Below, in pieces: positions 17,972 through 26,419 of a DNA stretch of 64,000 nucleotides (positions within the stretch are counted from its first letter, which is position 1; each line of letters opens with the position of its first letter). The translations under genes and the position numbers were made by a program. The stretch covers positions 3,840,001 through 3,904,000 of the forward strand of contig OZ253462.1 in NCBI GenBank assembly GCA_965261395.1, in the 5' to 3' direction. Under the pieces are notes generated by a model. That model saw only the letters and a program-made list of their open reading frames with translations. It was not told the origin of the DNA and did not search any database. This DNA is from Candidatus Latescibacterota bacterium (GTDB lineage Bacteria; Latescibacterota; UBA2968; UBA8231).

Positions 17972-19900
17972 ATGCTCGCGATTGAAGCCACCCTGCCGCT
18001 CGTACAGCCCCCGGCTTGGGCCGTGCTGGAGCGCCAGTTAATCAAGGCGATGGAGGAATCCGTCCATCCATTCTTGGAAAAGTACACCCACCCCGACGGC
18101 TGCTTAATTTGGCGCGACGGCCTGCGTCACTCCCGCGACGGGGCCGACGATTTCTACGAGAGCTTCTACAACTGGCCGCTGCTGTACTTGCTCGGCGGCG
18201 GCGACCATTTGCTCGCCTTGGGCCAGCGGCAGTGGGAGGCCACTACCGAGCTGATGGTAGAGTACGGCCACGTGTACAAGGAATACGAGATCGGCTACGA
18301 CCAGTTCCACCAGAGCGAGAGCTACATCTACTTTTACCTGCTGTGCATGGCCGACCCGACCCACGCCGAAAATGTGGCGCGGGCGCGGCGCTTTGCCGGT
18401 TTCTATCTCAACGAAGACCCAGAGGCCCTCAACTACGACCCAGAGCACAAGATCATCAAATGCGCCCACAACGGCAGCAAGGGGCCGCGCTGGCTGTACG
18501 AAGAGGATGAGGAGCCGTCGTATGGGTACAGCCCAGGGATGGCGTGCTATGGCTTGCCCTACGAGGACTTAGAGGGGATTGATGAGCCTGCCGACCTCAA
18601 GGACCCGGCTAAGGCGCGGCGCATGGGGCAGGCCATGAAGGAGCGCATGACTCGGGGCGATTGCGCCACCAACTTGCACGTCACCTCGCTGATAGCCAAC
18701 GCCTGCTATCTGACCGGCGACGACAAATACCGCGCTTGGCTACTCGAATACGTGGATGCGTGGGTCGAACGAGCCGCGGCCAATGGGGGCTTGTTGCCCG
18801 ACAACGTGGGGCTGAGCGGGCAGGTTGGAGAATACATGGAGGGACGCTGGTATGGGAGCATGTACGGCTGGACGTGGCCGCACGGGTTGTACAACATCGC
18901 CATGGCAGCCATTTTGGCCGGGACCCATTGCTATGTGCTGACCGGCGAACAAAAGTATCTCGAACTGCCCCGCACCCAGCTTAGAAAGGTCCTGGAGCAG
19001 GGGAAAATGGCCGACTTGGGTCAAATCGAGATGAGCTTGGGCGTGCACTGGATCGGCCAGCTAACCGCGCTCGGCGACGACAAGGTCAGCTTTGTGGTGC
19101 CCTATTGCTACGGGGCCAAGGGGTGGTCGGACTTCCAGCCGCTGGCGGCCATGTATCCGGCTGCGCTGTGGAACGCGAGTGGGGCAGCGGTCGATTGGGA
19201 GATGCTCGTAGCGCTCCGCGCTAAAGAGCGCTACGACTGGCGCACGGTGGTGCCGTTCCACAACAAAGAGGATGCCTACCACGAGCCGCCGTGGTTTTGC
19301 TATCTCAAGGGCGAAAACCCCGAGTATCCGGTACAGATCCTCCAAGCTGCTCTCTCGCAAGTCTATCGGCGGATGGAGCTTATCCGCCGCGACGAATCTG
19401 ACCCCCGCGACAACCACATCCACTGGTGGCAGCAGCTAAATCCAGTGACGACCGAGGCACTCATCCAACTAACCTTGGGCGCGCCGCAGCTCCTGTACAA
19501 TGGCGGCATCTTGATGGCCCCGCTGCGCTACTTCGACGCCGAGCGCAAACGCCCGGGCCTGCCAGCGGATGTGGCCGCGCTCGTCGAGACCGTGGAGCGA
19601 GATCGCCTCGTGGTGCACTTGGTGAACTTGAGTGGGATAGACGCCCGCAAGGTGTTGCTGCAAGCTGGCACCTTGGCCGAGCATCAGTTTGGGGAAGTGG
19701 CGTACAATACCTCGCAGAGCGCGTACCCGGGCGCGGTGGGAGGCTATGCTGCGCCGCCCGTGGAGCAGGCGATCAAGCGCGTTGCCGTACATGATACGCA
19801 CTTTGCGGTATCCTTGCCGCCGGGGACTGAAATCCGCCTCGAAATCGGCTTGCAGCGGCACGCGAACGCGCCGACATACGACTTGCCAACGACTTGGTAA
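17972..19900 (+). CDS. Conserved hypothetical protein, possibly an alpha/alpha-toroid carbohydrate-active enzyme
   Basis: 642-aa aromatic-rich ORF; DGADDFYE and YDQFHQSE motifs; function inferred. Confidence 0.6.
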   Translation: MLAIEATLPLVQPPAWAVLERQLIKAMEESVHPFLEKYTHPDGCLIWRDGLRHSRDGADDFYESFYNWPLLYLLGGGDHLLALGQRQWEATTELMVEYGHVYKEYEIGYDQFHQSESYIYFYLLCMADPTHAENVARARRFAGFYLNEDPEALNYDPEHKIIKCAHNGSKGPRWLYEEDEEPSYGYSPGMACYGLPYEDLEGIDEPADLKDPAKARRMGQAMKERMTRGDCATNLHVTSLIANACYLTGDDKYRAWLLEYVDAWVERAAANGGLLPDNVGLSGQVGEYMEGRWYGSMYGWTWPHGLYNIAMAAILAGTHCYVLTGEQKYLELPRTQLRKVLEQGKMADLGQIEMSLGVHWIGQLTALGDDKVSFVVPYCYGAKGWSDFQPLAAMYPAALWNASGAAVDWEMLVALRAKERYDWRTVVPFHNKEDAYHEPPWFCYLKGENPEYPVQILQAALSQVYRRMELIRRDESDPRDNHIHWWQQLNPVTTEALIQLTLGAPQLLYNGGILMAPLRYFDAERKRPGLPADVAALVETVERDRLVVHLVNLSGIDARKVLLQAGTLAEHQFGEVAYNTSQSAYPGAVGGYAAPPVEQAIKRVAVHDTHFAVSLPPGTEIRLEIGLQRHANAPTYDLPTTW

Positions 19901-19986
19901 GGACGCGGGTACCTACCAACCTATAATCGACGGATGTTACGCACCTCCGATGATGCGTACCGTCATTAATTGAATTAGGAGAGAAT

Positions 19987-20955
19987 ATGGATTACGTGCG
20001 ATTGGGACGGGCCGGGGTCAAGGTCTCGCGGCTGTGCTTGGGCACGGCCTTCCGGGGATACTGGCATGGGCACACGGACGAGGCGACCGCTGTACGCACG
20101 GTCGAGACGGCCATTGACTTGGGTGTCAATTTCCTCGACTGCGCCAACTACTACTTTCAGGGCCGCTGCGAGGAGCTGTTGGGCAAGGCCATCAAGGGCA
20201 AGCGCGACGATTTGGTGATCACCACCAAGGTCTGGAGCCAAATAGGCGACGGCCCTAACGACCGCGGCCTGTCGCGCTTTGCCATCATGCGCGAAATCGA
20301 GCGGTCGTTGAAGCGCTTGAACACGGATTACGTGGATATCTACTTGCTGCACAACTGGGATCCAGACACCGAACTCGACGAGACGCTGCGGGCGTTTGAC
20401 GATTTGGTGCGGCAGGGCAAGGTGCGCTATGTGGGGGCCTGCAATTTTACTGCCGCCCAAGTGGTGGAGGCGCTGTGGACGGCCGATCGCGGGGGGCTGG
20501 ACCCACTGTTTACCTTACAAAATCAGTACAACCTGTTGCAGCGCTGGCAAATAGAGCCAGAACTATTGCCTTTATGTCGGCAGTACAGCCTTGGCATGAT
20601 GACCTACAGTCCGCTGGCCGTCGGCCTGTTGAGTGGTCGGTTTAAGCGCGGGCAAAAGCCGCCGGCGGATAGCGCTTGGCAGGACGATGCGCGGTTTGCC
20701 GAAGCCATGAGCGAAAAATGCGACCGGATTGTGCAAAAGCTGATCGAGATCGGCGCAGCACAGGACAAGACCCCGGCGCAGGTTGCCGTCGCTTGGATAT
20801 TGGCCAACGAGGATGTTACCGCCCCCATCATCGGCCCAGATCGGCCCGAACATGTGGAGGAAGTTGTTGGGGCACTGGAAGTGGAGCTAGGGGCCGAAGA
20901 ATTAGCAGCCTTAGACGCCCTCTCCGAGTGGACGCCCTTGGAGCGGACGCACTAA
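19987..20955 (+). CDS. Aldo/keto reductase
   Basis: SRLCLGT, DCANYY, TTK, SLKRLNTDYVDIYLLH, YSPLA. Confidence 0.95.
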   Translation: MDYVRLGRAGVKVSRLCLGTAFRGYWHGHTDEATAVRTVETAIDLGVNFLDCANYYFQGRCEELLGKAIKGKRDDLVITTKVWSQIGDGPNDRGLSRFAIMREIERSLKRLNTDYVDIYLLHNWDPDTELDETLRAFDDLVRQGKVRYVGACNFTAAQVVEALWTADRGGLDPLFTLQNQYNLLQRWQIEPELLPLCRQYSLGMMTYSPLAVGLLSGRFKRGQKPPADSAWQDDARFAEAMSEKCDRIVQKLIEIGAAQDKTPAQVAVAWILANEDVTAPIIGPDRPEHVEEVVGALEVELGAEELAALDALSEWTPLERTH

Positions 20956-21081
20956 GGAGCTGAATAAAAAAATTTGATTTTTTTCAACGGACATTCCCTG
21001 GCCGGTTTGAGCGTGTCTTTATGACTGCTTTAAGGCGTATCAACACTTTTGCTTGGGTGCTAGCCCAAAGGAGTTGACGTT

Positions 21082-24000
21082 ATGAAAGCTGCAAACGTAT
21101 GTCTCATCGGATTAGTATTCGTCGTCTCCGCGTCGGCGGAGCCGCTGTTTGAGGGGCGGGTGCGGTTGGCGTCTGGCGAACCGGTCGCTGACGCACAGGT
21201 GCGGCTGTTCGATATGACCGATCTGCGGCAGGGGGCCATTGCCCGCGCCGTGACGGATGGGACGGGGTATTTCGCGTTGCCGTTAGCGGCCTTGGCGGGA
21301 AGCGTCCTGCCTCAAGGCTTCACCTTGGGGCCGAACTATCCCAATCCGTTCAATCCCTCGACGATCATTCCCTATCAACTGGCGGCTTCGTCCGCGGTGC
21401 GGCTGGAGGTGTTCAACCTGTTAGGGCAGCATATTGCGACGTTGGTGGATGGGGAGCGTCCGGCGGGCTTTCACACGGCGACTTGGCACGCGGTGGATGG
21501 GGCAGGCCGGGCGGTAGGGGCGGGGGTGTATATCTACCGGATGACGGTGGGGGTGGAGAGTCAGACGGGGCGGATGGTGCTGATTGACGGGCAGGCCGGT
21601 GTCTCGGCTGGGGGGGCGGCTTCTGTTATGCCGGGTGCGTCTGGTATTGGCGGGTCGGATGGAGCGGATGGGCAAGTGTATGGGTTGATCGTTTCGGGCA
21701 GTGGGTTGGTTCCCTATATGGATGCGTCCTTTCGCGTCGAGGCGGGCATGGCTCCGGTGGAGTTGGTGGTGTCGTCGGGATTCCATTCGGCTGGCAAGGC
21801 TACGGACGACGACTGTCCTTTGTGCGGCTTTCTAGGCGACGGCGAGCACACCATAGAGGAAGGGCAGGGCGGGCATACGTCGCCAGAGGCGGACGAGGTA
21901 CCAGAAGAAGAAGAGGAGGCGCCGGAAGAAGAAGAGGAGGCGCCGGAAGAAGAGGAGGCGCCGGAAGAAGAGGGCTCCGATGCGCTGGTGACCATTCCCG
22001 ATGGCAACCTGCGGACGGCGATAGAGGCGGCCTTGGGCAAGGCGAGGGGGGCACCGATCACCAAGGCTGAAATGGAAACTCTGACCGAGCTTAAGGCGGG
22101 AGATGAGGGCATTAGGGGTCTGACCGGGCTAGAGTTTGCCACCAACCTGACATACTTGAGTCTTTGGCACAACAACATCACGAATATCTCGGCGCTGAGG
22201 GGCATGACCAAGCTGACACATTTGAATCTTAGTGACGACAACAAGATCACGAATATCTCGCCGCTGCGTGGCTTGACCAACCTGACATACTTGAATCTTA
22301 GTGAAAACAAGATCACGGATATCTCGTCGTTGCGTGGCTTGACCAACCTGACATACTTGAATCTTTGGGGCAACAAGATCACGGATATCTCGCCGCTGCG
22401 TGGCTTGACCAACCTGACATACTTGAATCTTTGGGGCAGCAACATTTCGGATATCTCGTCGTTGGCGGGCTTGACCAACCTGACATACTTGGAGCTTGAC
22501 AATAACAAGATCACGGATATCTCGTCGTTGCGTGGCTTGACCAACCTGACACACTTGGGTCTTTGGGGAAACAAGATCACGAATATCTCGCCGCTGAGGG
22601 GGTTGACCAACCTGACACGCTTATATTTTGCGAGCAGCAAGGTCACGGATATCTCGTCGTTGGCGGGCTTGACCAACCTGACAACCTTACATTTTGGGGG
22701 CGGCAACATTTCGGATATCTCGTCGTTGGCGGGCTTAACCAACCTGACAGACTTGACTCTTTGGGGCGACAAGGTCACGGATATCTCGTCGTTGGCGGGC
22801 TTGACCAACCTGACACACTTGGGTCTTTGGGGAAACAAGATCACGGATATCTCGTTGTTGGCGGGCTTGACCAACCTGACAGGCTTGTTTATTGCGAAGA
22901 CCAACATTTCGGATATTTCGTCATTGGCGGGCTTAACCAAGCTGACAGGCTTGACTCTTGCGTACAATAACATCAGGGATATCTCGTCGTTGGCGAGCTT
23001 GACCAACCTGACAGGCTTGACTCTTGCTTACAATAACATTTCGGATATTTCGTCATTGGCGGGCTTAACCGACCTGACATATTTGAATCTTGAGGCCAAC
23101 AGCATTTCGGATATCTCGTCATTGCGTGGCTTGACCAACCTGACATATTTGAATCTTGAGGCCAACAGCATTTCGGATATCTCGTCGTTGCGTGGCTTGA
23201 CCAACCTGATAGAGCTAAATCTTCGAATAAACCCCCTGAGTTTCTCCTCCATCAACGATCATATTCCTGTCCTTGTGAGCAGAAGGGTTACAGTAGCCTT
23301 TGACCAGTTCCGCGAGAGCGACTTCGACATCGAGCTTGTTTTTCTCGGCCCCTTCACAGAAGATCAGAAGGAGGTGCTCCGATATGTGGCTCGGCGCTGG
23401 ACGTCTGTCATTACGGAGGATCTGCCGGACTATGAATTTACCCAAGGCTGGTCGGGAGAGTGCGGCGGTCATTCATTCGAGATTCCTGCTGGGGAGCGGA
23501 TAGACGACCTGCGGATCTATGTGAAGATCTTCGACAGCGGTAGAGCCGCTGGGTGGGGTGCGCCAACGCTGTTGCGCGAGGTCACCTATCTGCCCGTCCT
23601 CGGATGCATGTCGATCAGATCATCAGCGAATTTAATGATTACAGGGCTCCACGAGACAGGGCACGTGCTGGGGTTCGGGACGATCTGGGACGATCTGGGT
23701 TTCCTGCAGAACCCGAACGCCGACACCCACTTCAACGGTCCGCTGGCGATTGCCGCATTTAACGACGCGGGCGGACGGTACTACAGGGGCAGGAAGGTGC
23801 CGGTCAAGCAGGACGGTGGGGCGCACTGGAGGGTTCCCGTGCTCGGCGGCGAAGTCATGGCGTCGGGTGGGGGGCTGGCGCTAAGCGCGATTACGGTTCA
23901 GTCCATGGCCGATCTGGGCTACGGCGTGGATGTTACCTTCGCCGACCCCTATACTCTGCCCGATGTCGCATCTGCAAAGGCCAGTGCGAAGATCTCGGCC

Positions 24001-24297
24001 GCCCTGCCCTCGATTTCCGATGTGGATGTTATTCAGGCCGACGCTTATACCCTGCCAAGTGTCTCGGCGGCTCTGCCCTCTATTCCTGGAGACGACCGCT
24101 TGAGGGGGCGTCTGGAAAATGCCGAGTGGATTGAGGGCCGTGGCTTTGATTTTGATCTTAGGGATAACCGCCTGATGGGGCGTTTGGCACCGTATCCTCA
24201 AGCGGAGCCGAAGCCGTTGTGCGGTTCCCATATCGGGCGAGAGCCGATTTACGTGATTGACCCGCAGGGCCGCATCATCCGCACCCTGGGCGACTGA
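21082..24297 (+). CDS. Secreted multidomain protein: FlgD-Ig domain, internalin-type LRR array, leishmanolysin (M8)-like zinc metalloprotease
   Basis: Signal peptide; PNYPNPFNPST; IPDGNLRTAI cap; about 18 LRRs; HETGH zinc motif followed by AHW..EVM. Confidence 0.88.
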   Translation: MKAANVCLIGLVFVVSASAEPLFEGRVRLASGEPVADAQVRLFDMTDLRQGAIARAVTDGTGYFALPLAALAGSVLPQGFTLGPNYPNPFNPSTIIPYQLAASSAVRLEVFNLLGQHIATLVDGERPAGFHTATWHAVDGAGRAVGAGVYIYRMTVGVESQTGRMVLIDGQAGVSAGGAASVMPGASGIGGSDGADGQVYGLIVSGSGLVPYMDASFRVEAGMAPVELVVSSGFHSAGKATDDDCPLCGFLGDGEHTIEEGQGGHTSPEADEVPEEEEEAPEEEEEAPEEEEAPEEEGSDALVTIPDGNLRTAIEAALGKARGAPITKAEMETLTELKAGDEGIRGLTGLEFATNLTYLSLWHNNITNISALRGMTKLTHLNLSDDNKITNISPLRGLTNLTYLNLSENKITDISSLRGLTNLTYLNLWGNKITDISPLRGLTNLTYLNLWGSNISDISSLAGLTNLTYLELDNNKITDISSLRGLTNLTHLGLWGNKITNISPLRGLTNLTRLYFASSKVTDISSLAGLTNLTTLHFGGGNISDISSLAGLTNLTDLTLWGDKVTDISSLAGLTNLTHLGLWGNKITDISLLAGLTNLTGLFIAKTNISDISSLAGLTKLTGLTLAYNNIRDISSLASLTNLTGLTLAYNNISDISSLAGLTDLTYLNLEANSISDISSLRGLTNLTYLNLEANSISDISSLRGLTNLIELNLRINPLSFSSINDHIPVLVSRRVTVAFDQFRESDFDIELVFLGPFTEDQKEVLRYVARRWTSVITEDLPDYEFTQGWSGECGGHSFEIPAGERIDDLRIYVKIFDSGRAAGWGAPTLLREVTYLPVLGCMSIRSSANLMITGLHETGHVLGFGTIWDDLGFLQNPNADTHFNGPLAIAAFNDAGGRYYRGRKVPVKQDGGAHWRVPVLGGEVMASGGGLALSAITVQSMADLGYGVDVTFADPYTLPDVASAKASAKISAALPSISDVDVIQADAYTLPSVSAALPSIPGDDRLRGRLENAEWIEGRGFDFDLRDNRLMGRLAPYPQAEPKPLCGSHIGREPIYVIDPQGRIIRTLGD
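21901..21975 (+). repeat. Acidic tandem repeats (PEEEEEA), about 21-bp unit
   Basis: GAAGAAGAAGAGGAGGCGCCG repeated about three times. Confidence 0.85.
22081..23240 (+). repeat. 66-bp coding tandem repeat array (LRR)
   Basis: GGCTTGACCAACCTGACA and GGATATCTCGTCGTTG recur every 66 bp. Confidence 0.95.
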
Positions 24298-24311
24298 AAT
24301 GCGTGAACGAG

Positions 24312-24439
24312 GCGCCCAAGGTGCGGACCATGGAAATCATCGCTGAGCTGGAGCGCTCCCCGTGCGGCATTTACACCGGCTGCATGGGCTATGTGTCGCT
24401 TGGGCCGGAGGCGTGCTTCAATGTGGCGATTCGCACGGC
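24312..24439 (+). pseudogene. Orphan internal fragment of pabB (direct repeat of 27299-27426)
   Basis: 128 bp aligns without gaps to 27299-27426 with 9 mismatches counted by eye. Confidence 0.9.
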
Positions 24440-24455
24440 AGACTGCTAAAAACGC

Positions 24456-24494
24456 AAAAAAGGGGTTCAACGACCCGAAGCCGTCGAACCCCTT
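24456..24494 (-). terminator. Rho-independent terminator
   Basis: Minus strand AAGGGGTTCGACGGC-TTCG-GGTCGTTGAACCCCTTTTTT, just after the DUF4097 gene. Confidence 0.8.
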
Positions 24495-24520
24495 CGACCA
24501 AAAGGCGATGCTGTGCAGCG

Positions 24521-25144
24521 CTACAGTTTGCGCAGGCGGATGGACCCGCCCGAGGTGCGCAGGGTCATGAGGGGACCACCGCCGTTGATCGAGCCCTTGA
24601 GGCTGTTTTTGTCCAGCGTGCCCTGCGGTACCGAGAAGTTGGTGGAAACGCGCCCACCCGACGTGCGGGCGTCCACCTGCAAACCGATATCCGCAGCGAG
24701 GGAGACCTCTACATTGCCGCCCGAAGTCCCGAGGTGGCAGGGACCGTGAGGCTGCTGCGAGAGTTGGGCGCGAATGGAACCACCCGACGTCCGAGCCTCG
24801 ATAGGCCCCAGCACTTCATCCACTTTGATAGAGCCGCCCGAGGTCTTGGCCTGCACCGAGCCTTGGGCCCGGCTAATGTGGATGGATCCGCCCGAGGTCT
24901 TAGCTCGCACCTCCCCGTCCACCTCTCCAATGCGGATGGAGCCCCCCGAAGTGGACACCGACGCCGTACCGGAGCAGCTTTTTAGAGAGATGGACCCACC
25001 CGAAGTTTTGCCCTCGATCGGTCCTTCGATGTGGCCAAAGCTCAGACTGCCGCCCGAAGTCCGGGCCGAGACGCGGCCCTGAAGATCGTCTACCTCAATG
25101 CCACCGCCGGAGGTGCTCAGTTCCAAATCGTGCCGGCGCGGCAC
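24521..25144 (-). CDS. DUF4097 (putative adhesin) beta-repeat protein, probably N-terminally truncated
   Basis: About ten repeats of the (T)SGGSI motif; no signal peptide; no upstream in-frame ATG before a stop near 25258. Confidence 0.75.
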   Translation of the reverse strand: MPRRHDLELSTSGGGIEVDDLQGRVSARTSGGSLSFGHIEGPIEGKTSGGSISLKSCSGTASVSTSGGSIRIGEVDGEVRAKTSGGSIHISRAQGSVQAKTSGGSIKVDEVLGPIEARTSGGSIRAQLSQQPHGPCHLGTSGGNVEVSLAADIGLQVDARTSGGRVSTNFSVPQGTLDKNSLKGSINGGGPLMTLRTSGGSIRLRKL

Positions 25145-25284
25145 CGTGAGGCGGAACAGGGGCGCGCGTCCCTTCGCAAGGCCGAAGAAGTAATACTCCC
25201 GATTGGGAGCAAGTCTGTCGTTTCTATATTTTAAATGGAATACCGCTCGGCAATTTCAACCCAATATCACCGGAAGGCTTTTTC

Positions 25285-25584
25285 ATGCCCGCAGTGCAAG
25301 ACATTCTAGTATTTTTTCAGACCACGCCCGCGCTCGACGCCCAAGTCGTTGCTTGGGCACGCTACGAAGCCTCCAAGAGCACGGGCCTAGGCGACTTGGT
25401 CGAGGAGAGCGATCCTCCCTACCAGAACGCCATGGCGGCCATGCGCGACGGCTGGCAAGTCATCCAGATGTCGGAACTCAAACATCGCTCGCCCCAAGGG
25501 GGCTATGAGCTGGGGCCGCTGCCCTACCAGATCGTGCTGTCGAAATTCAACGAGCTGCAAAAAGAGGAAGGAGCCATATCGTGA
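25285..25584 (+). CDS. Small hypothetical protein coupled to a PhyH gene
   Basis: 99 aa with ALD..VVAW and PPY..A.AAMRDGW.VIQ motifs; GTGA overlap with the next gene. Confidence 0.7.
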   Translation: MPAVQDILVFFQTTPALDAQVVAWARYEASKSTGLGDLVEESDPPYQNAMAAMRDGWQVIQMSELKHRSPQGGYELGPLPYQIVLSKFNELQKEEGAIS

Positions 25585-26390
25585 AAGAGCATCTTTTGAA
25601 CTCGAAGCAGATGGCGCAATTCGTTGCCTCGGGGTATTTGAAGTTCGAAGAAATGGTGCCCCAAGATCTGTGCCGAGCCTGCCTTGAGGAAATGCACCAC
25701 AATCGGGGCTATCTCGCCGTGGGTACCCCCTTTGAGGAGACTTGGCCCAAAGGCACGGCTTTGGGCGATGCGTTCCGCCTGCCGCAGGTGCAGGGACTCA
25801 TCCACTCCTTGGTCGGCCCCGATCCCCTGTACGACCACCACGGCGTACACTTGACCAAGGCCGAACAAACCAAGGGGCCCAATATGCACCAAGACTCGGT
25901 CATCGACTTCCGCGACCATTACTTCGATATCCAGCTATCGCTGTTCCCCGCGGATACAACAGACGAAATGGGTGGTACTTTCTTGGTGCCGGGAACGCAA
26001 TTCCGCAATGTGCGCACCGGGGAGATCTCCATTTACCACCACATGCGCGGCAAGATCTGGGCGACCTGCCCGGCGGGGACCATGTACGTGTGGAACACCC
26101 GCGTCTGGCACGGGGCGCGCAGCAACTACACGGTTCGGGATCGCTTCATGTACAAGTTGCGGCTCAACCCGACGCAGCCGCAGGTCTGCAACTTTGGCAC
26201 CGCGGATCTGGACGACCCTGAGATCGGTCGCATCCTATCGACCAACCACGGCTGGGAGGGCAATGAGCATCGCTACGAACTGATGCAGCGCGTGCGCTTG
26301 TGGCGCTTTGTCTCCGACCAGCCAAACTACGATGTGGGCGAGCGCTTTATGCGGCGCATTGAGTACCAGCCCGGCGAGGCGGCAGGCTAG
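25581..26390 (+). CDS. Phytanoyl-CoA dioxygenase (PhyH) family Fe(II)/2OG enzyme
   Basis: HQD, GGTFLVPGT and WHG..N..R motifs. Confidence 0.88.
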   Translation: MKEHLLNSKQMAQFVASGYLKFEEMVPQDLCRACLEEMHHNRGYLAVGTPFEETWPKGTALGDAFRLPQVQGLIHSLVGPDPLYDHHGVHLTKAEQTKGPNMHQDSVIDFRDHYFDIQLSLFPADTTDEMGGTFLVPGTQFRNVRTGEISIYHHMRGKIWATCPAGTMYVWNTRVWHGARSNYTVRDRFMYKLRLNPTQPQVCNFGTADLDDPEIGRILSTNHGWEGNEHRYELMQRVRLWRFVSDQPNYDVGERFMRRIEYQPGEAAG

Positions 26391-26419
26391 ATGCCGAGGA
26401 TTCTTTTTTTTCCAAAGAC

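Noticed and set aside
19929-19964. Imperfect hairpin upstream of the aldo/keto reductase
   Set aside because: Short, bulged and without a U-tract; not distinguishable from chance
21714-23006. 430-aa antisense ORF
   Set aside because: It is the shadow of the repetitive LRR frame
22081-23240. 66-bp periodic repeats as a CRISPR array
   Set aside because: The repeats are in-frame LRR coding units, the would-be spacers are homologous to each other, and there are no cas genes
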